A stretch of DNA of 64,000 nt from positions 36,146,001 to 36,210,000 of the forward strand of contig CM060731.1 of NCBI GenBank assembly GCA_030704615.1. Reading direction: 5' to 3'. The stretch comes from Takakia lepidozioides. Taxonomy: Eukaryota; Plantae; Bryophyta. The notes below the pieces were generated by a model. That model was not told where the DNA came from, searched no databases, and was given only the letters and a program-made list of their open reading frames with translations. Positions 50,291 through 63,919 of this stretch are shown here, one piece after another (within the stretch, counting starts at the first letter, position 1; every line of letters starts with the position of its first letter). The translations under genes were made by a program, and so were the position numbers.

Positions 50291-53200
50291 ATGTAGGTTT
50301 CTTGTAACTATCCTTCCACAGGGAATCATAGGTAATGTGGAGCTTGAAATCCAGCCCTCTTGGATGAATCTGGACCCACACTCTATCCCTGCTCCTTCAG
50401 CTATCCATGCCTCTGACAGCCTACAATTCTACCAGCAAACACCCCAACCATACTGGTGTGGACCAACCCTACTTATCACAATCTGAAATGCATCTGCTTC
50501 TCTCTGTAGTCCAACAGGCATTCGCCTTTTTGTCTCCATTGTCCCACCATTGGGGTCAGAAAGTGTTCACCCCAAAGCTTCTCCTCACCTCTATTATATG
50601 TTTTTGGATACTTCCCTGCTGCCACACTGGCAGTAACTTGCCAAAGTCACTCCAAACCACCAGAGATCTACCCAACAACCTAACTTACAGAATTCAATAT
50701 GCATCTTGCGGCCGAGTCTGATGAGAGGGCAACACAGGCTGAAATAGGTTGAAGAAGAAGGTGCCCTACCACATTGTCCTTGACCTGTCTTGACCCTTGG
50801 AGGATTTGACCGATGACCTCTTGTGTGTGCCGCTTGTGTCTGTAGTCAGGCAATGTCGGATTGGTCTGTGAGATCGAACCAATACGGCGTAGATGAGTAG
50901 TCAGAGATTGAAACACGCTTGCTAAGACCAAGCTGACTCTCCCAAGCACGGCGAGCTCGCTTCTCCTCGTCTCGTCTCCTCCTCCTCTTCTCCTTCGTGC
51001 ATCATTTGCTCAACGCCTCCATCCCACGCCCGTGCATATCCTGCTATCATCGCGTTCCATCCCTCAGCTATGTGGTGTGGCGCAGGAGACAAAAAAATGC
51101 CAAGTCCCAGCCCTCCTTTCTGTTCACGATTACACTAATGGGCAACCTTATTAGCAATTTTTTAACTTTTTTAAACCTAATGGGCAACCTTATTTGCATT
51201 ATATGTGCCTTCAAAATGACACGTGTAGTGATGTAGTTGTATAAATAGAGCTCTGAAACCATCTTCAGTCATGGAGTCATAAGATTCCATGAAACGTCGT
51301 CCACGTGTAGTCAAACATATCACACTAGTCATATAAACCATCCCTGTCATCATGGTCAATAATGTTTGACCAATGCTCCCTAACTTTCTGGAGTCATGTA
51401 GTGATATCCATTACTACAAAGTCATAAAACTAAAACTGTAATGCATTTCAGCGCTCTGTAGTCATGTACCTAGTGCAGTTTTTATGACTCTGCCAAAGCT
51501 GTAGTCCTAAAAACGCTCATCTCTTTTAGTGAATGTTGTTTTCTCCAACAAATGAGGTGTTCCAAAAGATATGGGCACAAGATTATCTCCAACCATCATT
51601 GATGTACAAAATTGAGATACACCAAGCTCAAATAATGGACTGTAATGGGCCTCACGAGAAAGATTATCAGTAAGGCTACCTTCATTCACCATCGACTGAT
51701 CACACGAGCTATCGACGAATACATGCTATACAAGCTATCCAGGAATATCAGCTATGGAATATAAGACCAGAGGAAAATTGACACGTAGGCATTCCTCGGT
51801 ATTTACTATTTATGCTCTGGAAAGTTCCCTCCCCCAAGCCTTCCGAAAATTTCGGGCCTCCAAAAACCATGCCTCAACCCTTAGAGCTTGTTTTCAAGCA
51901 ATTCTGATCTAATGACATTATCCTTGGAATGGGTTCAACCAAGGACCTAGTAGTTGACTTGGCGACGGGTCTGTCTATAAAGGTAACCACCCGATCTTCC
52001 AGCATGAACCGGTTGCATTACCAATCTCCTTCCTCCACAATCATTTGTTTTCTTCTCAAATAATCGACGCATGCTTCACAAACATACTTTGTACAATGTT
52101 GGAATTAGTTGCTCCCCCCCCCGTACTTTGTTTTCTTTCCTTTTTGACACACTATAGAGAACGTGTACATAACATCTCTATGACCGTGGATTACGTCCTC
52201 AAGCGGGGATGTCGTCTTCTATAAAGCAATTTCTTTTTTGCTCCACTACTGCGGTTGGATTCTGGTACTGCGTGCCAAAATGTGGTTGTCGCTCATACCC
52301 GCATTGGAGAGAAATCATGGATTCATGGAAGAGGTCGTTGCAAGCCTCTATAGTAGGCACTTCGATAACTGGCTACAACATTGCATCTTACTTCGCAACA
52401 ACAATTAGACATGGTTATGACGTCAAGCAATCAATTTGCTGTCGATTTAGTTCCGGCTATCACAACCCTCCTGCAAGAAGATGAAGGGGCAATTGTCCAA
52501 GCCGTTTGTAGGATCCTCACATGGCAAAATGTTTGTATTGTAACATAGAGGCATGTAAGGTCACATCTAATTTCTTGGAAGGTGCTTTTTTGGCTACCCT
52601 GCAAAGATTGGTTATGGGCTACTTATGCCTCCGCTTCGTTTTCCAAAAAATGGTGCGTCAAGTGGGCATGCCTCTCACTTTTCCCTGAAAACCCATTTGG
52701 AAAGATATTTGGAGGAAAGACCATTCCTCCAAGATAAGCCATTTGCTTCAAGTTCCTCATCTTGTCCCAGTCGAGCCTTCCCAACATCAGCAATATGTTG
52801 TTTGAAACTCACACTGACCTGATGACTGAGGGGGAGGAAATCGTGGTTGGCTCTTAGTAAACCTATTCACAACTGCGTTGAAAGACGAAGATTTAGCAAA
52901 GATTGCAACTTCTTACAGAGACAACTCTTGGGGCAATGATGACATCTTCTACACCTTGTCGTTCAAAGATTGGCTGGAAAGATGATTTCCGTAAGGAGTG
53001 GAATATTGTTTGCAGATTTTGAGGAGGAGAAGAACTGGAGGCATTGTAAAAGCGCAACAAGCTCAAGCTGGATTTCAATTCCTCTAAGTAGTTTTTGTCT
53101 GGCAATTTATCATGTTTTGGCCATTTTTGGCCCTTTTACTTCTGGTCTTTTTTACATGATAGCCTTGTTCTCTTCGTTGTTGGTTGCCGGGTCATATCCC

Positions 53201-54453
53201 CCTTGTACCTTGTACGCTTCACGAGTTTCGGAGGTTATTCTTTGTCTTTTATTAGTTTGATTAAAAGAGCCTTTGTCCTCTTTCTTTAAGAGAAAAAATA
53301 ACTAACATTATTATTATATATCAACTATGGTGTCTCTCACGGGCTACCCCTCCCGGCAAGAAGGTGGACACTTTGTGATACCAATCGGTGGATTGAACCC
53401 ACGACCACTTCCGAGGTGGTATGTGTCCGGGCTACAACTAGGCTGTCAAAGTAAAAGTAAAAACTTAATGCAAGTGTGTGATCTCTGAGAGCATGATACG
53501 TTGGTTGGTTTTGGCCTGACAAATCTTTCCCACCCTCTCTTGAGAGTGACATGGAGCAGGGTGACACAGAAGAGAGTGTCACTCCAAGCAGTTGAAATTT
53601 GACTAAGGATAAAACATACAAAAGGAAGGTGCACGAAATACAAGCATCCATCAAGAATCAGACCCTATATCTCTTAATTGTCATTGACTTACCAGCAAAC
53701 AGTTCACTGCTACAGCTCAACAACCATTTGCATTCTAAAATATTTAATTGTGATTTGAGGGATATAAGAGGGGGTGGGGAGGATTTAGGAGCCCATGCCG
53801 GAGCTTCCAGTGAGAGAGTACGCATGCTTGCATTAAGTTCTTGCATTATTCCTATTTGCTTTCTGGTTGAAAATGTATGTGCCCTGCATAACTGAGAAGA
53901 TTTAAACAATTCTTCTATCACAGATAAAGATAAAGATAAAGTTTCTTTAACGTCACAGAGAAATGCTGTTTTAAGAGTTTTGGCATTTCTTTACACAGAG
54001 GAAGGCCCCTCGTTTCGGGCCTTCGCCTGGGGCTACCGCCCTCGGCATCAGGCCCTCAAATCAAATCAGGAAGGCCCAGTCGAGGCCTTCCCCGATAAGA
54101 AGCTCCCCTCTGTGTTTCTCTTTCCTACCATCGCATTCCTTTTTCTTGTTCAAATACGTCATATTGTCGTGTCATTCCGACGCTGAGATCCGACTAGGTT
54201 TGAGGAACGCTCATGTTTCTCAATGACAGAAACAAAATTTTGATGAATTCTTGAAGCCAAGAAGATCCTAGAAGGGAGCTCATTCTGCACGACATTCTTC
54301 CGATTGTTAGGGCTGCAGAGATACGAAAGATTAGCTTCAAGGTTCTGAATTCGTGTTGCTGAGTTCTGTATCTGGAAGGTAGGTTTTTGGTAAGAACATC
54401 AGCAAATTATCTCCCGGCAGTTTGCACCGGAAAGTCAAAGAGTCTTGCCAGTA

Positions 54454-55744
54454 ATGGATCCATTAGTGTTGCTCCATAGAGTTGCCGCAATGGATCAGAA
54501 TGCATCACAATGGATTCCCAACCAGAATCTTCAAATAGCGCTCACAAAGTACAGCGCCTCTGATGAACCCGAATCAGGCTTAGCGGCAAACGTTTTTCCA
54601 CTTGCAACCGCTATGCCTAGTGAGGTCACCAGACAGATCCATGAGCCAGTTCAGGCGAATCCAGTATTCTATAACAGTCGAGACCAGGTCTCGTACGGTG
54701 TCTCCTTGTCTTCACAAGCACGCATCGGTAATGTTCCTCAGAGTACAATTGCTCAGCATTTATCACAAACTTTGGCTGGAGACAAAGGTTTCAAGGATAC
54801 TTCCTCCCATACCAGTCACCACCAGGTCTCATGTCATGCACCTTCGTCTTCACAAGAAGTACATATCAGTGATATCATGAGTCAGCCACAGCTCTCCGTG
54901 CAGAAGAAAAAAAGCCTCGCTCGGCAGAAGAAGAGTGGACCTGCTCAAAATTCGTCGTCACTAGCAGTACAGATTGGTGATATCATGAAACCATCACCGG
55001 CAAAGAAGAGAAGAGTTGCTCAGAAGAAGAAAAAAACTGGACCTGCTGAGCATCTGTCACAAACTATCTCTGGAACAGCAGAAGCGCTCAAGACTTCACA
55101 GGAGCTAACTGCCTCTCAGATCAGTCACTTGCTTGCTTCTCAAGTCCTCTCCCCTGCTGCTACCTTCAGTCTATCGCAGACCACTGGAAGGATAAGTAAT
55201 ACAGTTTTTGCTGAGCTGCCTACCTCTCAAAACAGTCAAGATAAGGTTTCAAACCTACAACCAGACATTAATGACGGCATCAGACAGTCAGAAAAATATG
55301 CAAAGATCAACAGTGGAGTGTCATCTGCAAGCTGCCCAAGCCAAATAGTCACCTCAGTAAATGCTCCCCCTTCAGGTCCTGCATTTCTGTTGCAGTCCAT
55401 GTGTGGTGCGAATGTGTTGACAACGTCAAAGGAACTAACCACCTCCCAAAAGAGGCAAGACCAAGTTTCATCACTCGCTGACCTGTTTGCTTCTCAGTCC
55501 TCTTCAGAAGCACAAGCAGATACCAGTGCCGTTGTAACTCTGTCACAAAGCCATGCAAAGATGAATGATTTATCTGGTGCAGGCTCCCCAAGCCATCTAA
55601 CCACCTTGGTAACAGATTCCCTTCATTTTCCCCCAAATTTGGGGCAGTCTGGTGCACAAGCGTTCAAGACATCCTCCCAGAGCAGCCAAGACCAAGTTTC
55701 ACCACTTGATGTCACTCCAAAGAACAATTCAATTTCTCTGCAAG
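54454..55744 (+). CDS. Large first coding exon of a Ser/Gln-rich, probably disordered nuclear protein; further exons likely to ~57.8 kb but not modelled
   Basis: About 430 open codons ending at CAAG|GTATG; basic clusters (PAKKRRVAQKKKK); GGCCC-rich upstream region at ~54000-54090. Confidence 0.6.
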
Positions 55745-58574
55745 GTATGTTGTAAATCTGATCATTTGGTGTCTCGTCATGCTTGCTCTGATGTCCTCTA
55801 TTACTGAGTCTGGAATTAGGATGAACTAACACTGGAAGCAAAGTTTGGAAGATAATGTTGGATCGTCATAAGATGTTGGATACTTGATTAGGAAATGTTC
55901 TCTTGAAGCTTCGATGCATGTAGGTTGCATTGGTGCTATGAATTACTTTTCACGAATTGGCTATAAGGTAATCATGTGCTTTGTGCACCTTCCTTCCACA
56001 CACTCACTACCCTGCAGAGTAGTGTATTAGGTCTCACTCCAGGTATTTGAGGTCAGCCCCCCCTCCTGGTTGCAAAATGTCAGCAAACCAAAGTGCTACA
56101 GCAAATCATGCTCTTTAAGGTGACTGGGGAGATCAGTTACCACTGGTGAATGGAGATTGCCCTCTCCTAAGGTATCACCAGTCTTTATCTAAGCTGGATA
56201 TGACTAATTGAGAACAGACACAGTTCAACTCACAGTCAGTGTCTACTGCGGAGAACGTAATGGCTTGTGCGAATCAATTTGATGTTCAGGTGGGATGTGT
56301 ACTGGACAAGAGGTTGGAAATATATCTGTGAATGAAGACTTGAAAAGACAAGTCATGGTAATGGTCATGCCTTGGATCTCTGTTGTGTTCCGGGACTGAG
56401 TTAAGGAAGACCAAACATGCAATCTAAACCAGTGCAAAAAGTATTCAGTAAGGATGTACTTTCTTGTCTCAGGATTTAGAGATAGCTTTTAGGAAACTTG
56501 TGGAAACTTGTTATTCATTTCGACTGATACAACTGTTGTACTAACTACTAACTTTTATCTGCTATATTCTTTGTTCGTTTTGAGCTCACTTTTGACCTGC
56601 ACTTCTTATTTCGCTCTTGAGCTCATTACACTATGTGTGGCAGGCCTGTCTTTTGGACCCAACTTTTCATAGTAAGTCTCCATGACAACTGTTGTTTTAA
56701 TTTCGAGAAAATGTTAGTCCTTTTGTCCATACCATGTGCTCATGAGTTGTAGTCAAATCTATCTGGTAACTGGAAGCATAAGTGGAACTAAAGGGCCTAT
56801 CACTGGACTTTGGTCTTCTAATGCAGAAGGGCTGCAGGAGGTACTTGTGGAAATCTGCCCAATTCACATGGCTTTACGCATGTGGAGGTCCTCCTAAAGG
56901 CGAATATTGGTTCTGCTGCATTTATTGATTACAATCCCTCAAGTGAAGTACCTGCTAAGGTTCTGTAGCCCTTAGTTATCAAGTATGATCTCTAGTAGAT
57001 TTTTTATCATTCCAGAACAAGTGAAGGTTGTGCTGAGTCCCAGTTTCTGTGTGCAGCTTTTGTGTCTCAGGTGGAGAAGGTAATGCTTGAGCTGGAAGAT
57101 TCGGTGGCTGATAACATTCGTGCCCTAGAATTCTTGGCTTATTAGAGCCACACCAACCAACCCCAAAGCAACCTCCGGTGTGGCTGGAGGCATAATTTTT
57201 TAGAATTGAACAGTGTATGCATGGCAAAAGCTAGCATCAGTAGGTGGGGACAATCACAAACTGTAAAACTTCCCCACTTTCCAAGGTGCTCTCTTTAACC
57301 AAACGATTCTTGTGCCAACTGGTGTTTGAGGCCTTAACATCTTTATGGCACAGGGCTTTCACACTTGTAAAGCATTTGAAATCTGGTCGGTGATCTTTTC
57401 ATCACACGATCACGAAAGCCATTCATGCAATGGCTGGTATCAGTCACCTGCTTCACCATGAGCATGCGGAGTAGACCCTGACGCCATACACCACGAACTG
57501 ACGATGCTTCCACGACCATCAGCTCGGGAGATGGAGCTCAGCAAACTTGGAACATGCCCTCTCCCTCGCTCTGCTCCTCATGACCAGGCTCGCTGTGGGG
57601 CAGGCCTTCTCGTCTCTCTGGAGGAAGAATACAAGACCTGTGCCGAGACTCTGTGGCCGGGGAAGCCTGACGGTCAGCCCCCCACACTGCCCGGGAAGAA
57701 AACCCAATGGACAACATTCCGTTATCAGTGTTGTTGCGCTGTGCCAGAAAGCTGAGCTCCCACATCTGCTTTTCCACTTGTCGTGTTCTGGAGCGTCCTG
57801 GCGCACGTGGGGGCCCCCAGCCACCACAGGACTATCCACTTGCAGCTGCTTTTTTTGTTTACCTATTAGCGTTTGTTGTTTTGGCGGAGTACTAATTGTG
57901 GTCATGATGGAGTTGAAATTATTTCCTTTTGAGTTTGTTTTGGAGGAACAATCTTGTGAGCTTCATTCATCATTGGGGTCATGATGGAGTGAACTGAAAT
58001 GCTTTGTTGTAAGTATTGTTTGGAAGAATGAGTCACAAGTTTGAAATGGAATGGAGAGAGAGAGAGAGAGAGAGAGAAGAGTGAGAAGAGAAGAGAAGAG
58101 GGAGTTTTTGGTTTCAATGGTCGACCTGTGATGACCGGTAAGCCGGTAGGCGCGAACTGGGAACAAGAGGTAAATTTTGGGGTTCTGCCCGTGAATGAAC
58201 GGGCAGTGTCTTCTGCACTGGAGCTGCCCGTCACGACCTCTCTCTCTTGCGCTTCACCTGCTTGTTCTGGATTGTCTCTCTCTCCATTTTCGTGCGGCGT
58301 TCGTGCTTCGGCAGCGTTTTGCATGCCTCTAACGCCTGACACTATTGTGGTGGAGAGGGTGCATAAGTAGGGAGGTGGGATGGGAAATATGGGGATGTAT
58401 GTAAGGGGGGATTGATGAGGACACGGCAAGCCCGGATTCGAGGCTGAATCTGTGCCTGGGGTGGGAATCGAGAAGCTGTGGTTTGGGTGGGAGGGGGATC
58501 CGAAAGGGCTAGGGATTCCTGGGTAGGACGGGTGCTGTGGGATTGCAAGGAGATAAGGGCGGGTGTGGTGCAAT

Positions 58575-61500
58575 ATGGCTGATAGCCAGGCGAGTCTTCT
58601 GCTGCGCAAGCAGCTTAAAGGTGCTCTTTCCATCATCTGCATGTCTGTTTGATTACCGCCCGCTCCGAGAGTGCTGTTGGAATTGCGACTTCTTGAAATT
58701 TGGTGCCTCTGCCTGTTATCTTATGTGTCGATTGCTTATAGATAGATAGATCGTTTGTCCGCTCGTGAATTTAGGAAACTTCTGATTGTGTCTTGTTGTG
58801 GTCGGTGGACATTTTTTAGGTAATTTTGGAAGATGCGTGCTTGCTGTCGGGTTTATTGTTCTGATTGTCTTGCATTCTAGATTCACTCTCTTCGACTATT
58901 TTGGGCTTGCTGGAAGGATCAGAGGCGGTTAGTTTATGCCTCTGTTTGAAATTTACGTTGGCATCTTATTTATGAATTATAGGGTTAGCCTTCGCGACAT
59001 ATTTCCTGAAGTATCCGGTTATTCTTTGGGTGTAACTCCTTCTTGATTTTTAGTCAGAGGATAGTTTATGGCAGGACAGTAGTCCATTCCAGGTCTTCTG
59101 GACCATATTGCCATTTACTTTCCTTTGTCTGATATTCTCTTACTAGTCGAGAAATTATTTTGTCCTAAGGCCAGGGTACTCAACAGATTGGTACAGATGG
59201 CGCTGGAGACAGGGAATCAACCTGTTGTAGAAAAATGCTGGATGTATGTGGCTAGGGTTTGTTTGTGGTGTGAGGGGCGGTTGCCAATCGATGTTTCAGA
59301 GTTGCATTTTGGATGTATATATGCTCACTTGAAGTCTGGAAGCAGAGTTACTCTGTGGAAGAGGAAGGTCTTGTGCAGTGGGTATTCAAACTTCATCTGC
59401 TGTCTAGTAGTTTCTGTTCTTTTGATCACCCAGTCTTCCATCAGTGCCACAAGCAAGGCAAGCTGTTGCCCATCTCTCACTGGGGACTACATATGTGGCC
59501 CCAGATCTGGGTACCTCTGCTGTGGATTGTCGTGCTGTCAGATCTGACAGACGTTCAATACTGGGTGGCAGGGATATTCAGGATCATGAAGAAGGATTTA
59601 TCTTTTGTTACTGGAAGACATGAAAGATGTTATTTGTACAGATTAGCTTATCCAAGAATAATATTTCTGACAGCCCTGTTGTTGGTGAAAGTGTCACAGA
59701 TTTATCAAGGAATCCGGTTGATGGCTTCTCAGCAGGCCTTGTAGATGACTCGAATGTGTTTGAATGGAATGTTACCATCATCGGTCCTCCTGACACTCTC
59801 TAGTAAGTTTGCTGTTTTGTACTCTCGTGTTAAAGTCATTCTTGCTGACGAAGGTATAGGTTTTCCACAGCGATCAGATGTCTGCTGGTCATCTTCCTTG
59901 TGGTCTGCTTCTGAGTACTTGGAAAGATAGGATCCTTTATCCCTCCTAGCCCTTTCTATTGAGAGACTTTGCGATGACTTGGGTAAGTTGCCAACTAGTG
60001 GGTCCTTGGAGTCCGGTTTCCTATGTGGTGTGGTGTGTGTCTTCCATTTGTACAGCTAGGGTTAAAGAATTGGTCAAAGTAGTGTGTAAGGTTTCCATCT
60101 CACTTGCTGAGCAGCAAGTCACTTTCGCGGTTCAGTTATTTCCAAACCAAAGTTGTGCTCTTTCCTATGCTTGATTGATCCTCATTGTAATATCCCAAAG
60201 GGTAAATTGGAGTGGCAAGTGTCTCTGAATGCAGTAGCTTTTGGTTCTTCTCCTTCGATATTTGCCAGTGGAGACTTGTCTTTGCCTTTGGGGTGCTTCG
60301 ATGTCCAGCGGAAGTTTGTTTCTCCAAGTGGTCTTGTTCATGGCTGGTGCCTGTCTCTGACTCTTGCAGTGAGGGTGGTTATTTCAACGCAATTATGAGT
60401 TTTCCCCCAAATTACCCGAACAGCCCTCCATCAGTAAGGTTCACTTCAGAGATGTGGCACCCAAATGGTGAGTACAGTCGCAAATCTTTTTCTGGTGTTA
60501 AAGGAATATGGTGGATTGGGTTTTGAAAGGAATGTTTGTTTGACATGCCCCCACACTTCTGTGCCTTAACGTTTTTAACTCCCAGTATGGCCCAGGCCAC
60601 TTGGGATATGCACGTGGTTTGAAGTGTGCCCTAAAACGTTGTCTCGTCACTGGCAGTGTTCATCTACACCATTTGGCAGTCTTTGAAGTCATTTTTCACC
60701 TTCATAGAGAGTGCTGACGCCTTATTTAAGGCATCCAGTCCTGTTGAGAGTCTGTGCATTCCTTACATTGCAAGCCATCACCATCACCACTGAAATATGT
60801 CCTCACGTTGGTCCAGCTCCAAAGGTGTTTGCATTGGATTTTCTTTTTGTGGCGTGTACATGATGAGCTGAGGGTTGAATGGAGGCTATGATGTGGTTTG
60901 GAGGCCATATCCCCAGAAGACACTTAAACCTCCTGGTGCTGAACATGGGGTTTTCACTCCAAACGGTAACATACTCAGCCCAGAAACTGGCACCGAGCCG
61001 ATCACTATACCGACACAGGCTTGATTGAGTTTTTGATTCAAGGGCTGTTTTTCATAGCAGAAGGTGATCTATCCAGTGCAAACCTATTGGAACCATGGCT
61101 GTAGGCAAAGCCTTGATGCGACTATATGAATACTTCCCATTTTGTTTTTATCGTTGTATAAGGAAGTACAACCTCTCCTAAGACTTGCTCATCCCAGGAA
61201 TTTCCAGTATGTAATCTTGAAGGTGTCTGCACTTCTGATGGTAGGTTTGTTGCTCTGTTTGTTCTCCAGTTTACCCTGATGGACGTGTTTGCATCTCCAT
61301 TCTCCATGCACCTGGAGATGATCCAAATGGCTACGAACTTGCCAGTGAGCGATGGTCGCCCGTGCACACGGTACATTTTACTTTACTAAGTGCTTACCAT
61401 CTTTCACGCAGAAAACATTGTCCCCTCCCTTAATTCGTTGCTCAAATGGTCACCTCCAGGCTCTGCTGTACACCCGAATACTCAATCCACTTCGATTTTG

Positions 61501-62697
61501 ATTCAATTATTTTCCCTCCATGGGGACTTCTGAATTTTTGACAATTCAAATCATTGACCTGGCTTAACTCTCGCTAAATGACCGTTAAATCCCATGATAA
61601 ATAGCAATCACCGTGGTCACATGCATGAGCTGTGGGGAAAGCCTTTTGTGTCTCCACTTTGAGGGGCAATTGGTTCCTCTATCAATGCAAGGATTTCTCA
61701 TCTAGTTTAAGTTTCTGTTCAAGACCCAGGGGCCATGTATAGATTCCAGTTGGTGATTTATTGTGGACCCCTGATGCATAGGCACCGGTTGAAGGGTTGG
61801 CTTATCGCTGTAGATGTTTTTGATGATTTTGAGGGTGACCAGTTATTCATCTAAATGTTTATTGATCATGCTTGCACAGCCTAGCCAGTGTCAATTTTTC
61901 TTAGTAGCTTCAAGAGTCTGTGAGCTGTGTCCCACTGCAGGGCCAAGCAGTTGGATCTGGAGGTAGTTGTAGGTTTGGGTGACCACTTTTGTGGTTTGTG
62001 GCCACGTTTGAAGGTTGAGTGTTGGCACCCTACGCATTGGCTGGTTTTCTGTTTTCTCCTCTTTAGCCTTTGCAGTCCATGAAGTGTGCCTACAGCCTTC
62101 ATTACTGGGCTGGCTATGTTGTCTTGCTCTACTTCCTGACAGCATGTCACATGACAGGTGGAAACGATTCTGCTGAGCATCATATCTATGCTGTCCAGTC
62201 CAAATGATGAATCACCAGCAAACATTGATGCTGCGGTGAGGACCTTGTTCTCAAAGAAACTTGTTGCCATTGTTAGGGAAGGAATTTTCTGATTTTGACC
62301 TGACCTTCATATATCAAGTGACTTTGCCGCGCCCCGCACGATCAATGCTGTACTTTCTTTTGGTTGCCTTTCATCTGGAAACCTAACTTGTCGCCAACTT
62401 TGGTCTCATATGCCTCAGTTGGTGCTGAAAGTGCTCAAGTGGTGTGCTGTGTTATACTTCTTCCTTACATCCAAGGTGGGGTTTATGTATAAGAGTGAGG
62501 AATTTATGGTTAAGTGGAAGGTTTTTGCTCTTACTCAGTCGTATGAGCGAGCTTGCAACTTCTTTTCTTCACAATCTTCTTTGTCGCTAGTATTGACAGG
62601 TGGGGTTTCCTCTCTGCAGAAAGAGTGGCGAGAGACAAAAGAAGATTTTAAGCGGAAGGTGAGCCGGATTGTGAGGCGTTCCCAAGAAACCTTGTGA
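58575..62697 (+). CDS. UBC7: Ubiquitin-conjugating enzyme E2, plant UBC7/13/14 (UBE2G1-like) family, 167 aa; exons 58575-58620, 59700-59802, 60370-60467, 61270-61370, 62158-62235, 62620-62697
   Basis: [102 protein letters not shown]; 504 nt in frame, all introns GT-AG, catalytic Cys and acidic loop insertion present. Confidence 0.97.
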
Positions 62698-63919
62698 AAA
62701 TGGCCAGACAATGGCGGGTAGATTCATTGAGATAGAGTTTCTTTTTACCATCTTGAGTAGCCACAGGTGCATCTCTATGTGGCTGTGATAGGTTACTGAA
62801 TTGTGTATTTTTCCCAAGCAAATCTGGGAAGGTATGAGAGCAGGTGTATTTGTCGCCAGTGTCCATCACCTCTTATGCACAGGTGCGGCCAGTCTAGTAG
62901 GCCTTATGTAGCCACACAAGTCAACGAGTCAGCCAGTAGTCAGGTCGGTTTTCCATGTTGTTCATTGTTTCCGGTAGTTGGTCACCGCAGGGTATGAGGG
63001 AGATATTTTGGCATCCCTGATAGAGAATGTGCTAGTTGTGTTTGTGCTGAAAGCTTATTATCGAATTGTGGAAAGTTCATGGCATTATTTACCAGTCTTT
63101 TAGTCGGTACCAAAGAGATCTGACTCTCTTCCTGTCATTGGCTATGGGATAAGATTGTCCCCACCCTGACCTCCTTCTATAATCCCCTGGCTGTCCAATC
63201 TGGGGCAAAATGTCTTTGAAGGATACGTGGAAGTCTGGCAGATGTAACAGCACGTGTTTGCTCAACACAAGAAAATTCCTTGATAGTTACCAGCTTCCTC
63301 CAGGGTTGGTCCAAACTTATACATGTTTCAATCTTGATCAGAACTATGATAAGAAACTTGTCACATGAAATTTGGGATTCTTTGCAATTGCGCCATATCA
63401 TGTGGACTGTATATTATATACTGCAAATGGAGTTAGTTGATGGTAAGACTAGTGTGCACCTGTGGACCCAGGGGTTGTAATTTTTTTGAAAGCCGCGTGT
63501 GCTGGGGGAGCCCTCCCCAGTATTTGAATGAAGCATCTTCCCCAAGAAATGAAAGGATCGCATTTCCATTCAAAGCTGTTTGAAGAATACTGGTTGCAGT
63601 GGGAAGGTCATTGTTTGGCCTGGCACATGAACAAGCCACCATAACTTGAGCTTTACAACCAGAAACAAGCTAACAAGCTATCTAAGAGAAAACACATGTG
63701 ACAGGGTCATATATGCAAACAGATAGCACTACTGTGGCCAATTTGATCTCAAGAGAGGGCTCTTTACCGACAAGCAAGCCGCTTTAAGGGAAAAAACCCT
63801 TAGGTTTTGACGCTCATCAAGGAAGGGGGGTATCGCCTCACATACAAGACTTTGGCAAAAGGAAGGCAAAGGCAAAGCACGCGGGTCGAGAGGCACACAA
63901 ACACCAGCAGGAGACGCTA

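Larger units (their letters stand above)
38879..51531. mobile_element. Complete CACTA (En/Spm) transposon, 12,653 bp
   Basis: TIRs CACTACAACAGATGAGCGTTTTTA / TAAAAACGCTCATCTCTTTTAGTG; 3-bp TSD AAT (38876-38878, 51532-51534); ATGACT(A) subterminal repeats; internal TnpD gene. Confidence 0.97.

Noticed and set aside
51850-53300. Possible decayed L1 LINE 3' portion or Copia PPT (GAGGGGGAG at ~52828)
   Set aside because: Only vague Trp-rich peptides and a T-rich end with a short A run; no LTR or TSD found.
57902-58642. 246-aa minus-strand ORF
   Set aside because: Antisense to the UBC7 promoter, 5' UTR and first exon; includes a microsatellite; low complexity.
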